A DNA stretch of 64,000 nt from the human T2T-CHM13v2.0 reference genome, Homo sapiens. Position numbers and translations under genes: made by a program. Of the stretch, positions 1 through 13,954 are shown one piece after another. Every line of letters starts with the position of its first letter. Position 1 is the first letter of the stretch. The notes beneath the pieces were generated by a model. That model was given only the letters and a program-made list of their open reading frames with translations, had not been told where the DNA came from and searched no databases. The stretch is taken from the NCBI RefSeq assembly GCF_009914755.1, contig NC_060934.1, one strand, 5' to 3'.

Positions 1-19
1 AATCTCTTACTTTGTGAAA

Positions 20-865
20 AATATTTTATTGTGGTAAAATATATATGACATAAAATATGCTATTATAACAACTCTTACATGTATAATTTGGTGGCATTAA
101 TTACATCCACACTGTCATGCAGCCATCACAACTATCTGTTCCCAAATATTTTTCATCACCCCAAACAGGAACTCTGTTATCATTCTGCAGTAACTCCCCA
201 TCACCACCAGCCCCCCATTGCCAGTTAACCTTTAATCTGCTTTGTCTCTGTGAACTTTCCTATTCTAAAGATTTCATATAAGTGGAACCGTATGTTTGTC
301 TTTTTGTGACTGGCTCATTTCACTAGGCATAATGTTTTCAAGGTTCATCCTTGTAGCATGTATCAGACTTCATTCCTTTTTATGGCTGAATAATACTGAG
401 TCCTCCAACTCTGTTCGTCTTTTTCAAGATTATTTTGGTCATCTGAGACTCCTTGCAATTCCATTTGAATTTAAGGATTGGCTTCTCTATTTCTGGGGGG
501 AAAAATGGTTGTCAGAATTTTGATGGGGATTGTGTTGAATCTGTAGATTGTTTTGAATAGGACTGGCATTTTAGCAATATTGAGTCTGCCGACCCAGGAA
601 CTAAGGATCTTTCCATTTACCTAGGTCTTTTTAAGTTTCTTTTACCAATGTTTGGTAGTATTCAGCATGCAGGTCTTTCACTTCCTTGGTTAAATTTATT
701 CCTAAGCATTTTATTTGTTTAGCGCTATTTAAATGGAATAGCCTTCTTAATTTCCTTTTTAGATTGTTCATTGTACATGTACAGAAAAACAACTAATTTT
801 TGTGTGTTGGTCTTGTATCCTGAAGCTGTGCTGAATTTATTAACTCTAGTAGTTTCCTTCTGGAT
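20..865 (-). mobile_element. Old L1M (L1MB-like) fragments
   Basis: L1 3' UTR-like text (ttttattgtggtaaaatata...ggctcatttcactaggcataatg) joined to ORF2-antisense text (gattgtgttgaatctgtagatt). Confidence 0.7.
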
Positions 866-961
866 TCACATGTATGTACTTCTAGCTACTCGGGAAGCTG
901 GGGCAGAAGGATCAGTTGATCCAAGGAGTTTGAGGCCAGCCTGGAAAACACAGCAAGACAC

Positions 962-1124
962 CTACAGGTGTGTGCCCCCACATCTGGCTAATTTTTGTAT
1001 TTTTAGTAGAGATGGGGTTTCACCAGTTTGCCCAAGCTGGTCTCGAACTCCTAGGCTCAAGCACTCTACCTGCCTCAGCCTGCCAAAATGCTGGAATTAC
1101 AGGCATGAACCACCGTGCCCAGTC
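962..1124 (-). mobile_element. Alu left-arm fragment, abutting a plus-strand Alu fragment at about 870-961
   Basis: ctaatttttgtatttttagtagagatggggtttcacc...ggaattacaggcatgaaccaccgtgccc. Confidence 0.85.
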
Positions 1125-1175
1125 TAAAACTGTGATATCTTGTTCTCATTAATAGCTGTAGAAATTATAACTTTT

Positions 1176-1512
<337 letters not shown>

Positions 1513-2180
1513 TTATTAGGTTGGTGTCTTCTACTATTTCAGTTGCATAAATATCATTTGAGGTGGGCTTAGTCTTTGAAGGCTCTTTCCAGCAGGTGTC
1601 TCTTTCACCAGGCTTATTTATAAGCCTTTATTTTTTTTTTTTTTTACAGTAAAAGAAAGTCTATAATATATCAACTGTGCCAAGGGAAGACAACAGTAAA
1701 CTTACAAGTCTCTTTCCAGCAATCTAAATTAGTAATTCAACAGGACAAAATAAAGACATTTTTAGACAAGAGCTTTATCTCTCTGTGCTGCCTCCTGGTT
1801 AATTTCCTTGGTTTTATCTTTCAGTGTATTAATTCTTTCCAGCCGTATTCAGTCTGCTGCTCAGTATGACCAACGGGCCTTAGATTCTCTGTGTGTGTAA
1901 TTTTTACTTCTAGAAGTTCTATTTGGTTCTATTGCAAATCGACTTCTTGATTTCTACTTTATACTTTTATGTCCTTAATTTGTTTAATTACACTTATTTA
2001 TAGTCTTGTTCAGATTGATCAAATCTGGTTGCTCACATTTTCTGTTCTCTCTCATTGATCATGTGTTTTATTATTTGGAATTATGAGCTCATCTTTAGTG
2101 AGAATCTGCAATGATTTGATTTAGGCATTTATCTTCCAGCTCTGTTCTGTATTTGCTTCTTCCAGACAATGCAGGAATCA

Positions 2181-2522
2181 CATGAACCTGTCCATCCACA
2201 GATAAAGTGGTAAAGAAACTGCCGTATTAGATACATGATGGTATACTCTTCAGCCATAAAGCTTCGGGAAACCCTGTCATCCGCAACCACGTGGAGAAAC
2301 CTGTCCATCCACAGATGAAGGGATCAGGAAGCTCTGGTATATATACTGAAGGGAAATGCTTTTTGGCTACCAAAATAATGAAATTTTGTTGTTTGGAGCA
2401 ACACAGATGAACCTGTCCATCCACAAATGAAGACATCAAGAAACTCTAGTATGTACACAAGGCAAAACACTTCAGCTATCAAAATCATGACATTATGTCA
2501 CTTGGAGCAACACAGTTGACCC
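2181..2522 (+). repeat. Three diverged tandem copies of a ~112-bp L1-derived unit
   Basis: AACCTGTCCATCCACA recurs at 2185, 2298 and 2410; unit resembles the end of L1 ORF2. Confidence 0.8.
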
Positions 2523-3063
2523 GCCAAGGCAGCCTCTTCCTCCATAGATGGATGAACGCTGTGGCCGCTGCTCCTGCCTGGGCCATGCCCTGATGCTGCC
2601 AACACCACTGCTCCTCTATTTATAAGTCTTAGTAGAGTTGCTGACCCAGCAATAACTGAACAGCTGATATGTACCTCACACTAAGCCAGGCGCTTCATAT
2701 GTATCTAACTTGAAAAATGCTGAGCTAGTTACCTTAACACCATTAACTTTTACTTAAAAGTTTGTTTTTCTTTTTTAATCCCAGTGAGCTCCAAACAAGT
2801 TTTAGGAGGCTCCCCAAAACCAGTGAAGACTTTAACTAAAAGTAGAATTTCAAAGTATTAGAAACCAAACCCCAAAATTAAATGTGAAGATCAGTGTCTG
2901 TACTGAGCTGGCCCATCTGGTGGACACAGGATTTGCGTTATCGACTGCAATGTTACCCAGGATTCACGATTTCTAGCATCTGTCAGGGTTAAGAAAATTG
3001 GATTGAGTACCAAATACAGCAGAGCAAACCCGGCTTTGAGGCAAGGGCCCCATCAAGTAGTCA

Positions 3064-3957
<894 letters not shown>

Positions 3958-5212
3958 TTATAGAATACATGTTTTGGAAATAGTATCTTCTAGATCTGTC
4001 TTTTTCTCTTCTGATTTAACTTAGTAAAGCTAAGTTTTATCTCTTCATAGTCTTGCTTTTGTTTCAAAAGCTTTTATGAGATTTGTTTACTGTCTGTGGC
4101 TATATGGCAGACAATTTGTTCAAGTGGCATGCCTCCTCTTTCTCACATTGACCTCCTCAGGAGGAGTTTTTCAAGGGCAATGAGTCTTCTCTCTGAGATA
4201 AGAATAGTAGCCAGAATTAAGAGGGTAAAGTGCATTGTGGAATTAAGTACTGATTCCAGTGGAAATTCACTTTATGGCCTTAGACAAATATTTACCCTTC
4301 TGATCCTCAGTTTTCTGTCAAAGAACTTCTGCTCATATCCAATTCCTATAAAGTGGGAGTACTCTAACCTGATATTACCAACATTAGGTTAGATTTTATC
4401 CTAATGTTAGGTATTAGAATATATCCTAACATTACTAGTTCTTCACTCTTACTAAAGTGCATGTTAGATTTCTTCAATGATTTTTTTAAATTGGCATGGT
4501 TGATACAAAGCATCCTTCTATCCAAATACTGTGCTCAGTCGCCTAAGTGATAGTTTAGAACCATACTATCTCTCTGTGGAAAGAATGCTGGGGCTCCTGG
4601 CTACACACTTTGAGTAGAAGGGAAAATACCCCTCTTGTATTTATGATGGTTTTTCTTTCTACTTGATTAAGAAGAAAGTACAAAAAGGTGCTTATTGAAG
4701 CATTGTCAATTTGGGAACAAGATTCTCAGGAATGAAATATTTGTGACTGTTCTCAGCATGAAAGGTAGAGAGAAGATTACTTGATCATTATGTGCTTATT
4801 TGAAAGTCACTTTCCTCCCATGCCTCAACATCTCACTTTTTAGAATGCACACTGAATGCCTGGAATCTCTTTGTTTTAGAAAAGACAAAGTTGCATTGTT
4901 AAAAAAATAATATTTCTGGGGAAAAGGCTCAGTGCTCAACGGTTACTCTATAAAGAGATTTAAAAAGAAAGTCAAGGGAAGATAAGGAAGGTAGCATGGC
5001 TAACAACCTCGTGGGTTCTACTAGCATTATTTCATGCAAAATGTCATTAACCTTTATATAGGAGAGAATAAGTCTGGGAATCAACTGGCATCTAAACTCC
5101 ATTTCTTGTTTTGTCACTGCTTCCCTGGTTGACTATGGAAAATACATTTGGTCTTTTGATACCTTGGTTTCAACAACTATAACATGACTTAAGAACTTTT
5201 ATGCATGGACTT

Positions 5213-5800
5213 TGTAATAGTTATCTATTTCTGCATACAAATTACTTCAAAACTTAAATCGTCGTTTGAAACAACAAACACTATCTCACAGTTTCTGTGG
5301 GTCAGGAGTCCAGACATGGCTTATTGGGTAACCGCCTCAAAGTCTTACTAGGCTGTAATACAGTTATTGGCTAGAGCTGCTGTTTCATCTGAAGGTTCAA
5401 TTGAGAGAGGATCCACTTCTAAGCTCACTCACATGGTTGCTGGCACAATTCAATTCCTCTCAGGCTATTGGATTAAGGGTCTCAGTTCCCTACTGACTGT
5501 TGGTCAGTGAACTTTCCTCAGTTCTTTGCCATATGGGGATCCATAGAACAGCTCACTACATGGCAACTGGCTTCTATCAAAGTGAGCAATAAGGAAGTAA
5601 GCAAGAGAGGTTTGCAAGACAAAAGCTACTATCTCTTTATAATCTAATCTCAGAAGTAGCAACATATCCCTTCTGCCATATTCTGTTCATTAGAAGTAAA
5701 TCTCTGGGTCTAGCCATACTCTATTGCAGAGATCACACAAGGGTGTGAATACAGACACAGGGATTGTTGGGGCTCATCTTAGAGGTCGTCTCCCATAGAG
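5213..5800. mobile_element. MLT1-family (ERVL-MaLR) LTR
   Basis: ctcacagtttctgtgggtcaggagtccag and cacacaagggtgtgaata...ggggctcatcttagagg hallmarks. Confidence 0.7.
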
Positions 5801-6144
5801 TTAGCTGCCAATCTGAGGGGTCACAGGGACCCATGCATCTGGGCCAGAACACTGGGATTTCATCCCTTAAGCAGGACAACATTCATTCAGAAACATATAT
5901 ATATGTTTATATGTTTCTCACTAATCAAAGAGAGAAGCAAGGCCTGTCCCTGACGAGCTCCCTTTCTCAGATCCGCCCTGAACTGCCTAAGTTAAATCCA
6001 TGTACCTTGACTAGGTGAACCATAGAGTCCAAGCCTAGAGTTGGGTCCTGGGTTTAATCCTGGTTCTGTCTTAGCCCTATGACCTTAGGCCACTTCTCTT
6101 CAGCTTGGTTTTCTTTGCATCAGGAAGTGTCGGATTAGATCCCA

Positions 6145-6510
6145 ACAATGGTTCTCAAATTGGAGTGCCTGTGAAAATCACCTGGGGTCATTTGAAAAAT
6201 TCCTGATGCCTAGCACACCCCTGACAAATTAAATCAGAAGATCTGAGGGTGAGATTCAGGCAAGAGGACTTCTTAACAGCTCCCCAAGTGATTTCATTGT
6301 TCAGCCAAGGTTGATAACTACTCATTTAGAAGATTGGTAATCCTAACTCTGGTACATGGGAACTATCTGAGGAGCTTTAAAAACAAATACAGAAGCCAGA
6401 ATCTTAGGACAATTAAAATAGAAATCCCTGGGGGTTGGTCCCAGACATGGTGTCTTTCAAAGCTCCCCAGATGATTCTAATGTGTAGCCAGATTTGTGGA
6501 CCCTCAGGTT
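6145..6510. mobile_element. Two MER5-type hAT-Charlie MITEs
   Basis: atggttctcaaa...aaatcacctgggg...aacagctccccaagtgatt...cagccaaggttgataactact, followed by a second similar copy. Confidence 0.7.
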
Positions 6511-7083
6511 TAATGATCTTCAAGAATCCTCTATCTAAGGTTCTAAGCTTGTCCGAATGGACTTGTAGAGCTATAAGCACGTGTACCACCTTCTCAGGAA
6601 GGTGGCCGCTCCAATGCTCTCTGACTCTAAAGAATGAAATGATTATTCCCACCCGAACATCCATCTTCTCTGGGTTTACTGTCCCCTACTTACAGTCCGT
6701 AAAAAGGTCACCCTAGACTTGACCTCAGTCTCATTGTGACACACACAGCACGCCAGCGTTCTTAACCTTTTTGGTTACAGAGACCCTTTTAGAAACTTCA
6801 TGAAAATTGTAAGTCATCTCATAAGGAGGATCTTACATGCACATCAAATTGAGCATACAATTTTCATGGATCCCTAAACTCTTGATACAAAGTTAATTCT
6901 ATCTCACTATAATATAAAAGTCAAAAACTTACATAACCCAGAAAAGCAGAATTTGCAACATAGTAGAAATAGACCAGAGTGAAAGTTCTAATCCTGGTTC
7001 CACAACTCACCAGTCAACATTTAGGAGTCACTGAATCACTTGATGCCTCAGTTTACTCATATGCCCAATTAAGAATTATAAAA

Positions 7084-7410
7084 TCATGCACCACATAATG
7101 TCTTGGTCAAGTACAGATCACATATGACGATGGTTTCATAAGATAATACTGTGTTTTTACTGTACCTTTGTCACTGTGTTTAGATACACAAATACTTACA
7201 TTATGTTACTATTGCCTATGGTATTGAGTATAGTAACCTGCTGTACAGAGCTATAGCCTAGGAGCAATAGGCTATACCATACAGCATAGGTGTGTCACAG
7301 GCTCTCCCACCTTGGTTTGTGTAAGTACACTCTGTGATGTTTGCACACAACGAAATCGCCTGATGACAATGCTCAGAATGTGTCTCCATCATTAAGAGAT
7401 ACATGACTAC
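7084..7410. mobile_element. Tigger3a-like TcMar DNA transposon
   Basis: tcatgcaccacataatg ... cattaagagatacatgact terminal inverted repeats; tagcctaggagcaataggctataccat internal hallmark. Confidence 0.75.
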
Positions 7411-7808
7411 CTACCCCATCAATCTTGCCTATTCCAGAAACAAAGTGAAATTAATAATATAAAATTGGTTTGATCAATTTATGAATTACATTGTCATTGA
7501 AAGTAGGAGAACTAGACCAGGAGGCACTGGTGTGACCCTGGAGTAGATGGAACTGTTTGTGCATGTGTCTTTCTTACCTTCCATTCTCATAAAGAATTAG
7601 CACATTCCCCACATACACCCTGGCCAGACTGTGTCTTTGGGACTGCAGCACTAAGGTGTGTTTTTGTTTGTTAACTTATTCCCAGTGCCTGTGTTGACCA
7701 GGAGGCTTTGGGAATAAAGGTACATAAAGGTCTTGGAGCCTGGATGAGCCTGTGGTCAAGAGATGGCAGGCAGTGTCCTTGAATTTGGAATGTGACTCAC
7801 ACTCTGCC

Positions 7809-8837
7809 TGTAGGGGAAGAAAAGAGAGATCAGACTGTTACTGTGTCTATGTAGAAAGGGAAGACAGAAGAGACTGCATTTTGAAAAAGACCTGCACTTT
7901 AAACAATTGCTTTGCTGAGATGTTGTTAATTTGTAGCTTTGCCCCAGCCACTTTGCCCCAGCCACTTTGACCCAACCTGGAGCTCACAAAAACATGTGTT
8001 GTATGAAATCAAGGTTTAAGGAATCTAGGGCTGTGCAGGACGTGCCTTGTTAACAAAATGTTTACAAGTAGTATACTTGGTAAAAGTCATCGCCATTCTC
8101 TAGTCTCAATAAACCAGGGGAACAATGCACTGTGGAAAGCCGCAGGGACCTCTGCCCTTGAAAGCGGGATATTGTCCAAGGTTTCTCCCCATGTCATAGC
8201 CTGAAATATGGGCTCCTGGGATGAGAAAGACCTGACCGTCCCCCAGCCTGACACCCTTAAAGGGTCTGTGCTGAGGTGGATTAGTAAAAGAGGAAAGCCT
8301 CTTGCAGTTGAGATAGAGGAAGGCCACTGTCTCCTGTCTGTCCCTGGGAACTGAATGTCTCGGTATAAAACCCGATTGTACATTTGTTCAATTCTGAGAT
8401 AGGAGAAAAACCGCCCTATGGTGGGAGGTGAGACATGTTTGCAGCAATGCTGCTTTGTTATTCTTTACTCCACTGAGATGTTTGGGTGGAGAGAAACATA
8501 AATCTGGCTTACGTGCACATCCAGTCATAGTACTTTCCCTTGAACTTAATTATGACATAGATTCTTTTGCTCACATGTTTTTTGCTGACCTTCTCCTTAT
8601 TATCACCCTGCTCTCCTGCTACATTCCTTTTTGCTGAAATAATGAAAATAATAATCAATAAAAACTGAGGGAACTCAGAGGCCGGTGCCAGTGCAGGTCC
8701 TTGGTGTGCTGTGTGCCGGTCCCCTGGGCCCACTGTTGTTTCTCTATACTTTGTCTCTGTGTCTTATTTCTTTCTCAGTCTCTCATCCCACCCGACTAGA
8801 AATACCCACAGGTGTGGAAGGGCAGGCCACCCCTTCA
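7809..8837 (+). mobile_element. HERV-K(HML-2) solo LTR, LTR5A type, 1029 bp
   Basis: TG...CA ends; 5-bp TSD CTGCC at 7804-7808 and 8838-8842; TATAAAA 8364-8370; AATAAA 8657-8662; ends ggggcaggccacccct tca-like terminus. Confidence 0.92.
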
Positions 8838-9339
8838 CTGCCCTTGGGAGCAAGGGCAGAGCACATGAACTCACCATGCACCAGTTCTGGTCCTTGGTGG
8901 GGAAAGGCTGAAACTGGAACCAGGTGTATGAGAAGCAATCTCCCAGACTTCATAGTAGCTGCCAGATTGGCCTCAAGGTTGGCAGAAACCATCCTACCAG
9001 TGAGTGCCAGGTGGTTTGGAGCGAGAAGGGAGCATAGCCTGGATTGCTTGAGGCCTGGAGTTTGAGACCAGCCTGGGCAATACATGAGACCTTGTCTCTA
9101 CTTTTTAAAAATAAAAAGTATTAAGAAATATGAGGAGAAAGAAATCATATTTCATAGTTAACCAACGGGTTGAAGTTGCAGTGCTTTTAGTTATCAGTGG
9201 AGATTGTACTGCATATGCTATCTTCAGATTTGAAGGTCATCCCAGTACAAGAACTGAAGATGTTCAACTAATTTAGCTGAAGTGATAACAGCTCTGAGGC
9301 AAGAAGAGTATAAGTCTAGGTTACTGGATCAAGGGATAG

Positions 9340-9860
9340 GTTATTAGGGCTCTCCAGAGGGACAGAACCAACAGAATATATGTATATATAAAAGGGGCTT
9401 TATTAGGGAGAATTGGCTCACACGATTACAAGGTGAAGTCCCACGATAGGCCGTCTGCAAGCTGGGTAGAGAGAAAAGCTGGTAGTGGCTCAGTCCAAGT
9501 CTGAAAGCCTCGAAACCAGGGAAGCTGACCATGTAGCCCAAAAGCCCCCTGCAAGCCATTGGGGCAAGTCCCAGAGTCCAAAGGTCGAAGAACATGGAGT
9601 CTGATGTCCAAGGGCAGGAGGAGCAGCAGCAAGCATCCGGCCTGGGAAGAAGAAAGAGAGCCAGAAGACTCAGTAAACTGCTTATCCCACCTTCTTCCAT
9701 CTGGTTTGTTCTAGCCGCGCTGGCAGCCGATTGGATGGTGCCCACGCATATCGACGGTGGGTTTTCCTTTCCCAGTCCACCCACTCAAATGTCAGTCTCC
9801 TCTGGCAACCCCCTCACAGACACACCCAGAAACAATACCAGCTATTTAGGCATCCCTCAA
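9340..9860. mobile_element. MLT2A-like (ERVL) LTR
   Basis: tattagggctctccagagggacagaacc...gccgtctgcaagctggg...gattggatggtgcccac...cacagacacacccagaaacaatac. Confidence 0.8.
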
Positions 9861-10945
9861 TGTCATGAACATACAAAAAGGAAAGTTTTGTGATACTCTG
9901 GGAGACTCAGGGTAGGGAGTGGTTCAGTGATATTTTGGGATCATGAAAGGTCTGTTCAGTTTCTGTGTTCCATGGGAGTGGTTCTGAGCTGTTTGATTTA
10001 GTCAAACTGTTTTAACAATCTCATACCCAAGTCATTCTCTATCCTCATCCACAACTCCCACATGCAAGCCATGCATACGTCTACAGGTGTCACATGGATA
10101 TATTTTGTTATTCTCATTTCAGAAGAATATATTAACAGCATCCTTTTTCATCTTAATGTATTTTGTATTCATATATGTTAATTACCATACTCGTGTTGGT
10201 AATTTTGGCTAAGACAGCATACTTTTGAGGACTGATATATACATTATTTTAATGATATTGGGAATCTATGAATAAAACAAATGCATCTATCTAGTCATGT
10301 TTAGAGGACTTGCCTCCACCATTTATACAGCAATTAATTATGAGTAGTCCACTGGATCATTGTTAAAATCTGATTTCCTCTGAATTCTATCTGGAAGAAA
10401 CTCTCCAAAATTTGTGACATATGAATGGTATTGCCTTGAGTCTCCAGAATTTTTGTAAGCTTGTCTCTTTTTTGTTCAATTTCTTTGGTCTATCCTGCAG
10501 TTCCCAAGATGGGGGAATGTCATTTGGAGTGTGACTCGCACTCTGCCCATGAACTCACCATGTACCAGTTCTGGTCCTTGGTGGTGACATTTTAATGAAA
10601 ATCCTACCTTTTAACATGCACTGAACTCAGTTCTTGAAAGCCAGGTCATGCATTTTCTAGAACTGCGAAAATTGCTTGGTGCTTTTCCATGGTTAGCAAT
10701 CACTTAGCATTAATACTTTAATAGTAATTGTGTTTCCATGTGGGTAGATGCAGCATTTTAATGAAATCTCCAGATTGTAAGGAAAGTGCATCTAAAGTCC
10801 AAGGAAAATATATTTAACAATATTTTAAAGGAGAAAGGAAGAAGAGATTTTGTTAGCTTTCCGAAATTTTAGTCGTTTAAGAGTGACCTTATTAAAATAA
10901 CCACAAGATGGCATCAGTTTTCTATTTTTAAAGAAATATGGTAGT

Positions 10946-11274
<329 letters not shown>

Positions 11275-11463
11275 TCATTTTTGCATGTTCCAAGTCCTAG
11301 TTATAGCTGCCTCTTGAGTTTATCATTCATGAGCCATAAACCTAGTAGCAGCTGGATCACATTTAAAGTCGATAGATGGAGTAACCAATTTTGGAATTCC
11401 ATTCCTTGGACCACATCCACATTAAGGAGAGAATAGCTCAGCTGCTCTCCTAAGCATTTTAGA

Positions 11464-11665
11464 TGAAATGTCAGAGTTGGGGGTTTATACAACGGAGCAA
11501 GCCTAAACCCAGGCCCTCTCGCTGTCTATATCTATGATATTTCTTTCCTTCCTTCCTTCCTTCCTTCCTTTCTTTCTTTCTCTTTCCCCTGCCTCCCTCC
11601 TGTTCTTCCTTCCTTCCTTCCTTCCTTCCCTCCCTCCCTCCCTCCCTCCCTCCCTCCCTCCCTCC

Positions 11666-11732
<67 letters not shown>

Positions 11733-11882
11733 TTTTCTCTTTTTCTTTCTTTCCTCCCTTCCTGAAATGTCAAGAGTTGGGGGGTTATACAACAGAGCAA
11801 GTCTAAACCCAGGCCCTCTCGCTGCCCGTATCTAGGATATTTCCTTCCTTCCTTCCTTCCTTTCTTTCTCTTTCTTTCTTTC

Positions 11883-11935
<53 letters not shown>

Positions 11936-12115
11936 TTCCTTTCTTCTCTCTCTCTCTTTCTTTCTCTTTCTTTATTTTTCTCTTTTTCTTTCTTTCCTCC
12001 CTTCCTGAAATATCAAGAGTTGGGGGGTTATACAACAGAGCAAGTCTAAATCCAGGCCCTCTCGCTGCCCGTATCTATGATATGATATTTCCTTCCTTCC
12101 TTCCTTCCTTCCTTC

Positions 12116-12182
<67 letters not shown>

Positions 12183-12322
12183 TCCTTCCTTCCTTCCTTC
12201 CTTCTTTCCTTCCTCCCTCCCTCCCTCCCTCCTTCCCTTCCTTTTTTCCTTCTTCCTTCCTTTCTCTTTCTTATGTCTCTCTTTCTCTCTTTCCCTCTCT
12301 CTCCTTCCTTCCTTCCTTCTTT
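11464..12322. repeat. Composite VNTR: three copies of a ~78-bp unit each followed by (TTCC)n/(CCCT)n/(TTTC)n tracts
   Basis: Unit tgaaat(g/a)tca(a)gagttggggg...ccaggccctctcgctg...gatat starts at 11464, 11763 and 12006. Confidence 0.95.
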
Positions 12323-12608
12323 CACAGGGTTGTACTCTGTCACACAAGCTGGAGTGCAGTGGCATGATCATGTCTCATTGCAGCCTCCAACTCCTGAGCT
12401 CAAGTGATCCTCCCGCCTCAGCCTTCCAAGTAGCTGGGACTAAAGGTGCATGCCACTACACCTGGCTAGCTTTAAAAAAAAAAAGTGTTTTAGAGATGTG
12501 GTCATGCCATGTGGTTCAGGCAGGTCTCAAACTCCTGGACTCAAGCCATCCTGCCACCCTGACCTCTGAAAGTGCTGCTATTACAGACCCCAGCCACTGT
12601 GCCCGGCC
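12323..12608 (-). mobile_element. AluJ
   Basis: Reverse Alu with ctcctgagctcaagtgatcctcccgcctcagc; tail merges into the polypyrimidine tract. Confidence 0.88.
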
Positions 12609-13674
12609 TGAGGGTATTTCTTTATTACACATCAGCAGATATTTTTTTACCTCCTTAAAGCACAGCAATTAAATGTTTACAATTACTCAACAAATCAGTC
12701 ACTACAAAGTACTAAGTTCTATAGTAAAACATGTATGTGTTTCAGGATCTGGTTTAATCTACTCTCCTGATTCTAGATGATCTATTCTGATTATTTTATT
12801 TCAGTAATTCAGATACCCAGATTACTAATGCTTGTGTGGGTTTAGTAGGTCAATTGAAAAAGGCTACCATTCATTACTCTCCTTTCAGTTTTTCTGTATC
12901 ATTCTATAAAAGGGATTCAGCTTTTAGGAAATAAAATCAGGCCAAATGTTCTATGAGCTCCTCTGCTATCTTTGAGTTACTGTGCAACCCTTTCCTGCTT
13001 GTTTCAGAGCTCTAGACTCTGCTACGGGTACAGCTGTAACATGACCTAGAAGCGACATGGCTTATTTTAAAGTAGAATGATTTCTAAAACTACTGAATTT
13101 TCTTGGTTATATTTTATTTTTATTTATGATTTTATTATATTATTATCAGAAAATGGTTTATTTAATGTCAGTTCTTTGGAATTTGTTGAGATATCTTTTC
13201 TGGTCTAATATATGTAAATCCATATGTACTTGAAAATAATATTTACTCCTTTGTGTACAAGATCCTTTCTCCATAAATGTGCTACACATTTCTGTATCTT
13301 TTATCTGCTTTTCCTATCAATTTCTGAGTGAGAGAGATGTAAAACCTTTTACCACGATTGTGAATTTGTTAATTTATCTTTGTAATTCTGTTTGTTTCCA
13401 TTATATTCTAGGATATTTTGCTTATGATCTTCTTGGAAATCTGTCCTTTTCTCAATATCAAATGTCTCTCTTTACCTCATTAAATATTTGGTACTGAAAA
13501 ATATCACAATATCAGCACCATTTATTACTTTTGGTGTCTTTTTCTATGCCTTGATTTTTAAACATTTAGTATTGGTTTGTTTTAGGTATGTCTCTTATAG
13601 CAGGATTTAAAAAAATTTTAAAAACACCTAATTTTAAAGTTTGTCTCCTAATCGGTGTTTTATACCCATTTGAA

Positions 13675-13954
13675 CTTTTTGAGACAGGGTTTTGCTGTTG
13701 TTCAAGCTGGAGTGCGGTGGTACTATCATAGCTTACTGCAGCCTTGACCTCTCAGGCTCAAACAATCTTCTCACCTCAGCTTCCCCTGCAGCTGGAACTA
13801 CAGATGTAAAATTTATTTTTATTTATTTTTTGTTTTTGTAGAGACAGGATCTCACTATCTTGCCCGGGCTGGTCTTGAACTCGGGCTCAAGAGACCCCCC
13901 TGCCTCAGCCTCCCAAAGTGCTGGGATTACAGGCATGGGCCATTGCGCCCAGCC
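13675..13954 (-). mobile_element. AluJ inside older L1M sequence
   Basis: Reverse dimeric Alu text. Confidence 0.88.

Noticed and set aside
11464-12100. Repeat-spacer pattern resembling a CRISPR array
   Set aside because: Eukaryotic DNA; spacers are simple repeats, units too long, no cas genes
11471-12672. Long K/E/R-rich and F/L/S-rich ORFs
   Set aside because: Translations of TTTC/TTCC microsatellite and Alu; no coding evidence
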